From contig NC_086106.1 of NCBI RefSeq assembly GCF_963921235.1, forward strand, positions 23,002,001 to 23,066,000: a stretch of DNA of 64,000 bases, in the 5' to 3' direction. Shown in pieces: positions 38,846-52,500 of the stretch (its first letter is position 1; the number at the start of each line of letters is the position of its first letter). A program made the position numbers and the translations under genes. The notes under the pieces were generated by a model. The model did no database searches. It was given only the letters and a program-made list of their open reading frames with translations, and was not told the origin of the DNA. The stretch comes from Mobula hypostoma. Its lineage: Eukaryota.

Positions 38846-39034
38846 GGGTACGTGACCAAGTGGTTGAGGCGTTCGTCTGGTTACCTCAACGTCGCAAGTT
38901 CGAGCCTCGGCTGTGGCTGGGTGTTTGCATTCTGTGCGAGGAGATTTGCCCCACACGGACTTCCAGTCTGCGCCTTATAAGACATGAAAATGCCCGACGC
39001 AGGCCTCTCATGGTCTGAGACGACGTTCCCTCCC
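38846..39034 (+). mobile_element. tRNA-derived SINE
   Basis: A-box TGACCAAGTGG (38853-38863) and B-box GTTCGAGCC (38898-38906), followed by a non-tRNA body. Not a complete tRNA cloverleaf. Confidence 0.7.
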
Positions 39035-42000
39035 CATGAACACCACATACTCCTCATGCATTACAGCACAGCTCACACTGAAAATAAAAAAACTATTTGC
39101 GCCTCTGTTTGTTTGAATTTCCAAAATATCCAGCCACCAGCAATGTTCAGCTAACCCCATTCAATCTCATCTGATTAGGCAGACTTTGAACATCTTTGTA
39201 AGTGTCTCCTGCACCACCTGCACCCAACTGTCTCCATCTGAACTACGGCAACTAGAACTTCAGGAATTACTGTTGGTGCCGTCACGCAGTTACAACAGTA
39301 GTACAGTACAGGATTAATTTATCAATTTTAAGTATTTGCGCAATGGGAAGAAAACGGCGCATCCGGAGGAAATGTGCCGGGTGATGGGGAGTACCTAAAA
39401 GTTCCTTGGAGTATTTACCTTTTAACAAATGCATTGGCCCCTGCCATGGCTATTTTCCGAAGAATCCAGATAAAGATTAGTCCCTATATGCAGTCTGAAA
39501 CGCAAATTTCCAACTCCAAGTAGTTTCAACAACAGGCACATTGAACTTATGTTTCTGGATGATATAAAATCCAGCAGGCCCACGAAGCACTCCCAAGCAT
39601 TCAACAGATTCCAATTAACTTAATCTTCGTGTCATACATATCGACCCATTCTTCTTTTTTTCATTCATCTGGCTATCTGACGGTGCCAAATTCCCCATAA
39701 CACCAAAATAGGCGGTTCGTGCCATGCACTCACCACTCTCTGTGTAAAGAACTGATTTCTGCAATTTTCCATGATAATTTCCTCTAACTAACTTAAATTA
39801 TCATCCCTCGTAGTTACCTGTCCGCAATAAGAATATGTCCCTGAAGATCCACGTCGATTTATGTATTTTCACATAGTGTACAAATGCATCAACTCATCTT
39901 CCCTCTTCATTGGCTTCAAGGGGATAAGCCGCAGATCGGCCAATCTATATTTGAAGGACACATTCGTTAGTCCAGCATGCAACCGGGAAAATCTAAATCC
40001 ACGCCATCTCTAAAGTTGTAACAACCTGCCAAAAACAGATGACTCCAACAAAACAATATGCCAAACGTGTTTTAAATGGGGCTTGTAGAGGCAAACCATT
40101 ACCTCGGAGCTCTTGAACACGAACATCCAACAACTGTAAGGCCTACGTCACACATGTTTTTTTGTAAGCAGTATTCTAAACTTGCCCACTAATCTTGAGG
40201 GTGAATTGATATAGAGCTGAAGGTCCTATTGTTCGTTCTCACTGCTAATAGTCCTCCTATTTACAACATATTCTTCTGCGGAGCGCAAACTGAGAAAAGG
40301 AAACAAATCTCAGGTAAATTTTCTAGGGGAACTCATTCGCTGAATTGATCACGTGAGGTGGGAAATATTCTACAGGCGAGTCTGCCTTCCATGGTCGAGT
40401 TGACTGTGTCAAACTTCTCCTCCAAGAAGGAGACCAAGGTGGTTGTACCATAATTGCAAGGTTCTATGTAGATTTGGCTGCTTATCTAAGAAAAGTTATG
40501 CTGGCATTCGAGAGGCGCCAGTGCGTTTAATGGTCCCGTGCTTATAATCTGGTGTTTAGAAGAATAAGGGGTGATCAAATATTGAAAGGCATTAATATAA
40601 TGTATGTACGTTATCAATATTTGGGAATCAATGACGAGCGGGCACATTCTTAGAGAAGGTGGACTTCGATGTACAACAAGCAGGAGCAACGATTTATTTT
40701 CCAAGGGCTGGTGAAATTGTGTTTATTGTAATTCCCAAGTAATTAAGCATGTTTAAAAATAAGCATAATCGTTTTTTTTATTATTATTACTATTATTATT
40801 AGACCAGGGATCGACGATTACGGAAGAAGGCAGCAAAATGGGTGATCCAGATATTCATTAAGCCACGGTAAAATATCGTAGCCGACTCGATGTGTCCAAT
40901 TCTGCTCATTCTTATTCTGTTTATTCTGCTCCTCCACCAGGAATCGTCTGGCAGCAATACTGAAGACCTTTCTGCAAGAGCAGCAACAGACCACAACAAA
41001 TCCTTACGTAATTATTCTCCGATAGTGGTATATCCCTTCATCCAACCTTTCAAGATGTTAAGTCGGATTAACCAAGTTACTTCCGGTGTATAGTTTCAAC
41101 AAAAAAAAATGTCTGAACTCCCCACCCAGCCCCAACTACACCCGTCTGAAGCCTCTTCTGCAGTCCACAGGCAGCAGTCTCGATATGGAACTGACCTCTC
41201 CCATCATCGATAGCAGATGCGAAGCACTATCCTACAGTTTCTGTTCTCTCCTCTGGGCCGTGACTGTCTTTGTCGGTGGTTTAGAATGATTACTATCAGA
41301 AGGAAAGATCATCTGTTCCATCTCGGCACAGCATGGATCCGAACCTGATTATAGCATTCTACCGTCACCAACCGGCTAGGTTTGAGGCATGTTTTGTCAA
41401 TCATATTGAACGAGTGAGTTAAACTATAATCTAAACCATAAATGTAACTATCCGAAAACTATACCAGCTCGCATTCTAACATACACAAGCTTCGTTTTCG
41501 CAAACAAACTCTCAGCTATCTCCTCATTGAAGTTATATCTATTAATGATACTCCACCGATTCGTCCAGTGACGATCTCGTTCATTTTCATGAGGGATCAT
41601 TTATCACATTCATGCATTCCGATTTTTCACAATATATATATATTCATAATCATCGTTGACAGCATTGATAATAAACAGAACTTTGCTGCTGCTGTCAGAG
41701 AATCAAGATTACCCCTAAACAACGACGGCGAGCGTTCCCAGCAGTTATTCATATCTCCATCTTGAGTCTTCGGCTGCAGTAGACTTATGTAAATTGGCAA
41801 CATGCCGATAAATCTGTCGTTTATTTATGCTGACGAATTGTTGTAGGAACGTTTATGTTCTCCATCAGAAGAAGCATTTTGAAACACTGCGTGTACCAAT
41901 GTTTATTTCCCGTTCTGAAGAACAGAGCTCCTACGTTTGCATTTTTTTCTGACACGCTCCTACTCCTACAGCAATTTTACCAATTTGACGTTATTGCAGA

Positions 42001-44591
42001 CTAAGATTAAATCTTTTATAACCTGTTTCTGCTCTCTGATCAAGTGTTATGCTAATTCCCTTTATTTTTGACTTCTTGCTTGCTAGGGCTACCAGCTGCG
42101 TTCAGGGTTCTGAATTATTGAGCCAGCAATTTCCCGTAATTAATCCGCCATCATATGACTCAATTTACCGAGTCACTTCACAGGAAACTCAGCATCTATC
42201 TGTCTGGTTTGACTCTTGTCACGCATGTGAACTAATCAAAGTAAGCTCATCTAACTTCTTTCCCCCTAATATCTGGTAGATGGAGAAATACAGTATAGGA
42301 TGGGGTGCACATCATTTATGCCCTCAATCCGGCACCAGTTCACCACCTCATGCAAGATAAGTACACCCCGTAAAAGCATGTTGTTCCACCCCGAATACCG
42401 GCTCCACTGTGCGGTACATGTCAGGCCACAGAAATCCAGCTACGCAGTAATTATGACTCAGCAGCATATCTGTTCTTTGCCCTGCTAAAATGTCCAGAAT
42501 TGACACTATACAGTAGAACAAACAACAACACAGCACAGGACAGGGTCATAGACATTTATTTTGCGCGCCATTTTGATTCATACAGCCCTCCATGTGTCTT
42601 TTATGCAGCTGCACGTCTTAGTGTCTCTTAAAAGTCATTCACGTAACAGTTTATACCAATTCCTTGTATATGGCTTTCCACGCAAATGTCACATACTGTG
42701 TAAAAATAACGATGAGAAATCCAACAGAGATGTTTTAAGCAAATCATGACCATGAATCAGTGATTTCGCGGCGCATATGACGAATATAATTTCTTCGGGC
42801 TTCCAAACCGTTACAGGTATAGATTTTGCCCAGCGTTCGACGCCAAACACTTCAATTTTCATCGGGGATTATGCCTTGGCAAGTCTAATCCGGAGGTATA
42901 TATTCCTCTGTCGTCCGTCCGTCCTAGTTGGTTAGCCCCTGTGCAATTAGAATATCGGTGTCGACCATGTTTATAATCTCGTTCCAGTTCTTAGTTTATG
43001 CAAGACATTTGTCTTTAACAAAAATCAATTTTCTCGAGCTTTATTTCAATGGCCTCCTAATGCCCCTGGCGCAGCAAATTAATTTTGTGTCTACGAAATT
43101 AATGCTGTGGCCATTCTGAGTGCAACGTTCTGCTACCGTTGATTTCTCCCGGAAATCTGAACGGATGCAGCACGCTGTGAATGTCTACCTCACTTTCTTA
43201 TGCATTTCAGAAATTGTGAACTTGCACCATATTGACTTTGCTAAATGCTTAGATTGAAATTTGCCCATTTAAACAACTACTAACTTTGAAATTATTGTAT
43301 TAATCATAACCACGCAAGGCCATTGTACACTGGTATAGTTTCAAGATGTGTCTCACACTGTCAATAAAATGCCCGACTCTATTTAATGATCTGCATACCT
43401 TCTCCTTATTACTGTAACAACTCTGAAGCTTGTTTCTGGGTCTATTTTCAGACACTGTTATCTTCCGTTGGGGAATTCAGATCCAGTAGCAGAGTGAGGT
43501 ATTGAAACCCAGATTGTAAGCTTGTTCATTTGAGCTGGGGGGATAATTGAGTTGAGGACTTAGGAGAAATGAATGCCAAAAATGCTGTTGGGAATATGAA
43601 TTTAAATTAAAAGAAAAATTAAGCCCCCACATAGCCGAGGAATCGTTGACATGACTGGCCGGGCGTTTCCATCATATCTATTTACGATAGCGATGTGTGA
43701 CAGTCGTGAACAAGTCAAGATATTTTTTTCTTGCAAAGGTGCAAACTATAGAGACATTTCACCATGTTGCACTTAAATGATACGTCTTTTGATGTTTCGT
43801 ATAATTAAACAATGCGCTGGGAAATTCAGGTCGTCCGAGAAGAAACGTAAACACTTGCTGGAGTTATTGTATTTCTGGCTTAGAATTATGATTCTTTTCA
43901 AATATAATGTAACGCAAGTTCAAGGAATGGACGTTTTAATGTCGTACGGCACAATTAAAGTCAATGATTTGAAGTGAAAGACAAAATGCAGGCTGGAATC
44001 AGCAACTCATGTTAATAGATCGGAAGAGGATTCCAAATTCATGACACTATTTAAAATGCTCTTAGTCTCAGGATGAGGCTGCCCTTTATATCGTTAAACC
44101 TGGACTACAAACATCTTGCTGGTCTTCCCTCCCTGCAGACTAACATCCATATTTTGTCTCCTGATTTCTCAACAAGAGAGCTCGAACTGAAACTTTGAAC
44201 AGCTGTCCTCTTCTGAACGTTGGGGTCTGACCTAATCATGCATGAAAATAGTCTGCGTTTCATCTAGTTGTTTTTTGTTTTGTTTTGTTTTGGTTTTTTT
44301 GCCGGTTTAAATGTTCTGTTTTGTTTGTTGCTACATTTGCGGAATTGTAGTGATTAATATTACTGCATAATACAAATTCTGCCGACCATGCGGTGGACAA
44401 ATTTGGGTTTACATGAAAGATAATTAATCATCCCAGGATTAAAAAAGTAGCACCTGCACAAAGTGCTGCTGAACACACTGTAACGTCAGCAACTGACAGA
44501 ACTGATAGTTAACGTGCACAGAACTGGTAGATAACGTGTACTGATCTGTTCGAGAAACCCTCTACTTCGGCACATGTTTTGGTACTTCTGT

Positions 44592-44643
44592 CAAACATAG
44601 TACAATCAGGATTTTGCCAAACATAGTACAATCAGGATTTTGC
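44592..44643. repeat. Perfect 26-bp tandem duplication
   Basis: CAAACATAGTACAATCAGGATTTTGC x2. Confidence 0.95.
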
Positions 44644-46705
44644 CAAAAATCTGATGGAAACGTTTCAATGTAAATGAAGTCGTCTGCTGATGTTAAATCA
44701 ATTAAATATGCTTTTCGATGTTTCGTCAGTGGGAGAGTGGGAGTGGACATTTCTTCTTTAGGCGCGTTTATGTCCGGAAGTTCTCGTTTCTTTCTCCGTT
44801 TTCTTCTTGCGGCAGAGTCGCTATCTCATAAGCACATTTCTCTGGATGTACTCTGCTTCCCTGTACATTGTTGTTCTCCGACATGGAAAAACAGTTTGGA
44901 GGTAGATGTCGGCATTTGCCGATCGTTAGTTGTGTGCCTATCGCAGATTATAAATATGTAAAGTAAAGTTTAATTGGTCCCAGATACCAGTTAACCGCCC
45001 TTCACCAGAAATAAGTAGGTACTGCAGAAACGCCTGGCATTAACAGTCTCCTTGCGTAGTTCTCTTCTTTTCCAGCTTTAATTGAAAACTAAATTGGACA
45101 CAAATCTCTCAATTCCCTGTTATTTCCTGCGCTTGCTTATTGTTTTTTTTTTCTTCAGCATGTTCTCAATTGCTTCAGTGGAAAATGACGTTAAGGAAAA
45201 TTAACAGTAGTATTAAACAATTACTTCAAAGAAGGATGTAAACAATTACCTTACTTCGCTCTAATGACCCGGAGCCGCTTGCTTTTTATTTTCAGAGAGA
45301 TAAAGCTCCTCACCACAGATATCAATCTAGATGTATTGCACTTTTGAACTCACGGATCGGTACAATGAACAGTAATTATTCTGTCTATGGCCCACCAAAA
45401 CGCGCCTTAGGTCTGCAGTGAGTATACATATTTCTGTCACGCGCATGCATTAAAAAGCAAAGGTTGTATGGAATTATGCAATTAGTTAAAATATAATCTT
45501 CATAATTGTATCCGACTCCTTATGGATAAAAACTACACTTCAACAATGACCAAATCGTGCAAGTCTTTCACCAACGCAATAGATTGCGACTGTAAGGTCA
45601 CTGCAACAGGTTGCCATCAGTGGATTATATTGTCTTCTAACCAATCCGGATTTATGATATGACGTGGTGGTTGTTTGAAACTGTACGTAGAAAAGTGCAT
45701 TAAATAGACATAGAGCAAATGTTTCTTCAAATTCTATTCCTTTTGCAAGAGATAATTCTGGATATCAATACATGCAGTGATATGCAAAAGTATGAAGACC
45801 GTGGTCAAAATTTCTGTTACTGTGAACAGTTAAGTGAGTAGAAGATTATCTGATCTCCAAAAGTCATAAAGGTAAAGATGAATTATTATTTTCAACATTT
45901 TCAGCAATATTAGTGTATTATTTCCGTCTTGTACTACTTTGGAGTCAAAAAAGGAAAGGAGCACCATGCAAAAGTTTGGGCACCCCAAGAGTATTGAGTT
46001 CTCAGGTAACTTTACTCAGCTTTAAGACCTTAATTAGCTTATTAGGGCTATGACCTGTTCACAATATTCGTTTGGAAAGGCAAGGTTATGAAATTTTCAA
46101 AGCTTTAATACCCTGAGTCCGCAAACCGTGCCCCAACAATCAGCAGCCATGCGCTCCTCAAAGCAGCAGCCTTACACTCCGAAAATTAAAATAATCGATG
46201 CCCAGAAAGCAGGAGAAGACTACAACAAGGTATCAGAGCGCTTTCAGTTAGCCGTTACCTCAGTACGTCATGCAATTAAGAAATAGCAGTTCACAGGTAC
46301 GGTGGAGGTCAATTCGAGGTCTGGAAGACCAGGAAAAGATTCGGAGAGAACTGCTCGTAGGATTGCCAGAAAGGAAAATCTACACCCCCGTGTGACTGCA
46401 AAAGACCTGCAGGAAGAATTAGACGACTCTGGAGTCGTGGTGCATTGCTCTACTGTGCAGCGGCAGCTGCAAAAAAATGACCTTCATGGAAGAGTCATCA
46501 GAAGAATAAATTTCATGCGTCTTCACCACAATATTCAGTGTCCAGAGTTTGCAAAGGAAGATGTAAACAAGCCTGGTGCATTTTGGAAACAGGTTTTGCG
46601 GACTGATGATGTTAAAATAGACCTTTCTGTTCGCAATGAGCAAAACTAAGTTTGGAAATAAAAATGTACAGAATTTCATGAAAAGTACTCCTCCCCAATA
46701 GTCAA

Positions 46706-49232
46706 CGAAACTTGGAAGAGCAAATCTGCAGAGAGATAGCAGGCAACTGCAGGAAACATAAAGTTGTGTGGTAGGGGATTTTAATTTTCCATACATTGAT
46801 TGGGACTCACATACTGTTAGGGGTCTAGATGGTTTAGAGTTTGTAAAATGTGTTCAGGAAAGTTTTCTAAATCAATTTATAGACGACCGAAAAGAGGGAA
46901 TGCCATATTGGATCTCCTGTTAGGTAAAGAATTAGGGCAAGTGACTGAAATCTGTGTAGGGAAGCACTTTGGTTCCAGTGATAATAACACCATTAGTTTC
47001 AATTTGATCATGGACAAGGATAGATCTAGTCCTAGAGTTGAAGTTCTGAACTGGAAGAAAGCCAAATTTGAAGAAATGAGAAAGGATCTAAAAAGCGTGG
47101 ATTAGGACAGGTTTTTATCTGGCAAAATGTGATTGGTAGGTGGGAAGCCTTCAAAGGGGAAATTTTGAGAGTGCAGAGTTTGTATGTTCCTGTCAGGATT
47201 AAAGGCAAATTGAATAGGAATAAGGAAACTTGGATCTCAATGGATATTGTAACTCTGATAAAGAGGAAGAGGGAGTTGTATGAAATGTATAGGAAACAGG
47301 GGGTAAATCAGGTGCTGGAGGAGTATAAGAAGTGCAAGAACATACTTAAGAAAGAAATCAGGAAGGCTAAAAGAGGACATGAGGTTGCCTTGGCAGTCAA
47401 AGTGAAGGATAATCCAAAGAGCTTTTACAACTATAATAAGAGCAAAAGGATTGTAAGGGATAAAATTGGTCCTCTTGAAGATCAGAGTGGTCGGCTTTGT
47501 GCGGAACCAAAGGAAATGGGGGAGATCTTAAACAGGATTTTTGCGTCTATATTTACTAAGGAAGCTGGCATGAAAGCTATGGAATTGAGGGAATCAAGTA
47601 GTGAGACCATGGAAACTGTACAGATTAAAAAGGAGGAGGTGCTTGCTGTCTTGAGGAAAATAAAAGTGGATAAATCCCCGGGAACTGACAGAGTGTTCCC
47701 TCGGACCTTGAAGGAGACTAGTGTTGAAATTGCGGGGGCCCTGGCAGAAATATTTAAAATGTCGCTGTCTACGGGTGAAGTGCCGGAGGATTGGAGAGTG
47801 GCTCATGTTGTTCCGTTGTTTAAAAAAGGATCGAAAAATAATCCGGGAAATTATAGGCCGGTGAGTTTAACGTCCGTAGTAGGTAAGTTATTGGAGGGAG
47901 TACTAAGAGACAGAATCTAGAAGCATTTGGATAGACAGGGGCTTATTAGGGAGAGTCAACATGGCTTTGTGCGTGGTAGGTCATGTTTGACCAATCTGTT
48001 GGAGTTTTTCGAGGAGGTTACCAGGAAAGTGGATGAAGGGAAGGCAGTAGATATTGTCTGCATGGACTTCAGTAAGCCCTTGACAAGGTCCTGCATGGGA
48101 GGTTAGTTAGGAAAATTCAGTCGCTCGGTATACATGGAATGGTGGTAAATTGGATTAGACATTGGCTCGATGGAGGAAGCCACAGAGTTTTGGTAGGGAA
48201 TTGCTTCTCTGAGTGGAGGCCTGTGACTAGTGGTGTGCCACAGGGATCAGTGCTGGGTCCATTGTTATTTGTCATCTATATCAATGATCTGGATGATAAT
48301 GTGGTAAATTGGATCAGCAAGTTTTCTGATGATACAAAGATTGGAGGTGTAGTAGACAGTGAGGAAGGTTTTCAGAGCCTGCAGAGGGACTTGGACCAGC
48401 TGGAAAAATGGGCTGAAAAATGGCAGATGGAGTTTAATACTGACAAGTGTGAGGTATTGCACGTTGGAAGGACAAACCAAAGTAGAACATACAGGGTTAA
48501 TGGTAAGGCACTGAGGAGTGCAGTGGAACAGAGGGATCTGGGAATACAGATACAAAGTTCCTTAAAAGTGGCTTCGCATGTAGATAGGGTCGTAAAGAGA
48601 GCTTTTGGTACATTGGCCTTTATTAATCGAAGTATTGAGTATAAGAGTCGGAATGTTATGATGAGGTTGTATAAGGCATTGGTGAGGCCGAATCTGGAGT
48701 ATTGTGTTCAGTTTTGGTCACCAAATTACAGGAAGGATATAAATAAGGTTGAGCGAGTGCAGAGAAGGTTTACAAATATGTTGCCGGGACTTGAGAAACT
48801 CAGTTACAAAGAATGGTTGAATAGGTTAGGACTTTATTCCCTGCAGCGTAGAAGAATGAGGTTAGTTTTGCTAGAGGTATATAAAATTATGATGGGTATA
48901 GATAGAGTGAATGCAAGCAGGCTTTTTCCACTGAGGCAAGGGGAGAAAAAAAACAGAGGACATGGGTTAAGGGTGAGGGGGAAAACTTTAAAGGGAACTT
49001 TAGTTGGGGGAGCTTCTTCACACAGGGTGTGGGAGTGTGGAATGAGCTGCCAGACGAGGTGGTAAATGCGGGTTATTTTGTAACATTTAAGAATAAATTG
49101 GACAGATACATGGATGGGAGGCGTATGGAGGGATATGGGCCGTGTGCAGGGCAGTGGGACTAGGCAGAAAATGGCTCGGCACAGCCAAGAAGGGCCAAAA
49201 GGCCTGTTTCTGTGCTGTAGTTTCTATGGTTT
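46706..49232 (+). mobile_element. CR1 LINE, 5'-truncated ORF2, nested in the Tc1
   Basis: ORFs 47129-47920 (PGNYRPVSLTS) and 48139-49065 (VPQGSVLGP, INDL, FSDDT), TTCTATGGTTT tail, degenerate 11-bp flanking duplication CCAATAGTCAA/CCAACTGTTAA. Confidence 0.95.
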
Positions 49233-49510
49233 CCAACTGTTAAGCCTGGCGGTGGATTGATCATGTTTTGGACTTGTGTTGTAGCCAGCAGCACGGCGAT
49301 CATTTTACTGGCAGAGGGAAGAATGAATTCAATTAAATACCAGCAAATTCTGGAAGCAAATATCACACCGTCTGTAAAAAAACTGAAGATGACAAGAGCA
49401 TGGCTTCTACAAAAGGATAACGATTCCAAGAACACCTCAATATCCCCTAAGGACTATCTCAAGTTGAAAGTTTTGAAATCCCCCCTCACAGTCCCCCGAC
49501 CTAAAAGTCA

Positions 49511-52500
49511 ATAAACAATGGACAATAGACAATAGGTGCAGAAGTAGACCATTCGGCCTTTCGAGACTGCACTGCCATTCTGAGTTCATGGCTGATCATC
49601 TACTATCAACACGCGGTTCCTGCCCTGTCCGCATAACCCTTGATTCCCTTATCAATAAGATACCTATCCAGCTCTTTCTTGAAAGCATCCAGAGAAATGG
49701 CCTCCACTGCCTTCTGAGGCAGCGCATTCCACACCTCCACAACTCCCTGGGAGAAGAAGTTCCTCCTCAACTCTGTCCTAAATGAAATACCCCTTATTCT
49801 TAAACCATGCCCTCTGGTACTGGACTCTCCCAGCATCTGGAACAAATTTCCTGCCTCTATCTTGTCCAATCCCTTAATAATCGTATATGTCTCAGTCAGA
49901 TCCCCCCTAAATCTCCTTAATTCCAGCGTGTACAAGCCCAGTCTCTCTAATCTCTCTGCCTAAGACAGTCTGGACATCCCAAGAATTAACCTAGTGAACC
50001 TACTCTACACCTCCGCAACATTCAGGATGTCCTTCATTAACCCTGGAGACCAAAACTGCACAAAACATTCTAGGTGTTGTCTCACCAGGGCCCTGTACAA
50101 ATGCAAAAGGATTTCCAATTCCCTTTGTGATAAAGGCCAACATTCCATTAGCCTTCTTCACCGCCTGCTGCACTTGCTCAGTCATCTTCAGAGACTGAGG
50201 AACACGTAGTGCTAGATCTCTTTGTATTTCTCCTTTACCTAACTCCACACCGTTCAGACAATAATCTGCCTTCCTGTTTTTGCTCCCAAAGTGAATAGCC
50301 TCACACTTATTCACATTTAACGCCATCTTCTAAGTTTCTGCCCACTCACCCAGCCTATCCAAGTCACCTTGAATTCTCCTAACATCCTCATCACTTGTCA
50401 CACTGCCACCCAGCTTAGTATCATCAGCAAACTTGCTGATGTTATTCACAATGCCTTCCTCTAAATCATTGACGTAAATCATAAACAGCTGTGGTCCCAA
50501 TACCGAGCCCTGTGGCACCCCACTAGTCACCACCTGCCATTCCGAGAAACGCCCATTCACTGCTACCCTTTGCTTTCTATCTGCCAACCAGTTTTCTATC
50601 CATGTCAATATCCTCCCCCCAATGTCATGAGCTCTGACTTTACCCACCAATCTCCTATGTGGTACCTTATCAAATGCCTTCTGAAAGTCAAGGTGCACCA
50701 CATCCACTGGATCTTCCGCGTCTATCGTCCTGGTTACATCCTCGAAAAACTCCAATAGATTAGTCAAGCATGAATTGTCCTTGGTAAATCCATGCTGGGT
50801 CGGCCCAATCCTAACACAGCTATCAAGATATGCCGCTATTTCATCGTTAATAATGGATCTAGCATCTTCCCCACTACTGATATTAGGCTAACAGGCCGAT
50901 AGTTCTCTGTTTGCCCCCTCCTTCCTTTCTTAAAAAAAGTGGGATAACATTAGCCATTCGCCAATCCTCAGGAACTGATCCTGAATCTAAGGAACATTGG
51001 AAAATGATCACCAATGCATCCGCAATTTCCAGAGCCACCTCCTTTATTACCCTTGGATGCAGACCATCTCGACCTGGGGATTTGTTAGCCTTCAGTCCCA
51101 TCAGCCTACTCATCTCTGTTTACTTTCTCATGTCAATCAGTTTCAGTTCCTCTGTTACCCTATGCCCTTGGCCCATCCATACATTTGGGAGATTGCTTGT
51201 GTCTTCCCAAGTGAAAACAGATCCAAAGTACTTATTAAATTCGTCTACCATTTCTCTGTTTGCAATAACAATTTCTCCCAATTCATTCTTCAAGGGCCCG
51301 ATATTGTTCTTAACTATCTTCCTTCTTTTCACATACCTAAAAAAAAGTTTGCTATCCTCCTTTATATTCCTAGCTAAATTGCATTCATACCTATTTTTTT
51401 GTCCCCGTATTGCCTGTTTAATTAAGTTCTGTTGCTCCTTAATTTTTTCCCAATCATCCGTCTTCTCTCTCAGCTTAGCTCTGTTATACTTATTTTTTAA
51501 TGCTATGCTATCTCTGACTTCCTTTGTAACCACTGTGGCCACTTTCCCCCTTTGAATCCTTCCTTTTCCGGGGGAAGAACTGATTTTGCACCTTGTGCAT
51601 TATTCCCAAGACTACCTGTCATTGTTGTTCCACTGTCTTTTCTGCTAGGATATCCGACCATTCAACTTTGGCCAGCTTCTCCCTCATGGCTCCATAGGCT
51701 CCTTTGTTCAACTGCAATACTGACACTTCTGATCTGCCCTTATCCCTCTCAACTTGCAGATAAAAACTTATCATATTATGTTCACTACCTCCCAATGGCT
51801 GCTCTTTTCAAGATCACTTATCAAATCTTGCTCATTGCACAGCACTAAATCCAGAATAGCCGTATCCCTGGTAGGTTCTCGTACAAGCTGATCCAAAAAT
51901 GCATCCCGTAGAACCTCTACAAACTCCCTATCCTAGGTTCCAGTACCAACCTGATTTTCCCAGTTCACCTGCATGTTGAAATCCCCCATAACTACTGCGA
52001 CATTTCCTTTGCCACATGCCATTGTTAACTCCCTTTTCAACTTGCACCCAATATCCATGCTATTGTTTGGGGGCCTGTAGATAACACCTATTAGGGTCTT
52101 TTTGCCCTTACTGTTCCAGAGTTCTATCCACACTGACTGTACTTTTTCTGATTCTATGCCCCCCTTTCAAGGGATTAAATCTCATTCCTCACCAACAGGG
52201 CCACCCCACCCCCTCTGCCCACCTTTCTGTCCCTTCGATAACACGTATACCCTTGTACATTCAATTCGCAGGTCTGACCCCCCTGCAGCCATGTCTCCGT
52301 TATCCCAACAACATCATAGTTATCCATTCGCACCTAAGTTTCAAGCTCATCCGCTTTATTTCCGACACTTCATGCTTTCAGGTATAGAATTGTTAACCCA
52401 TTTCTCCTCTTCCTGTTTAAAGCGCTGCCTATTGTGAATAACCCAGTTTCCGGAACTCTTACCGAGCTATACGCCCCTTGAATTTTGTTGTCCTTCTTAA

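Noticed and set aside
38846-38920. tRNA gene candidate
   Set aside because: A and B boxes are present but there is no complete cloverleaf, and it continues into a SINE body.
44562-44961. Minus-strand basic cluster RRKRRKKRE in short ORFs
   Set aside because: Interrupted by a stop, no domain recognisable, and no splice or promoter support.
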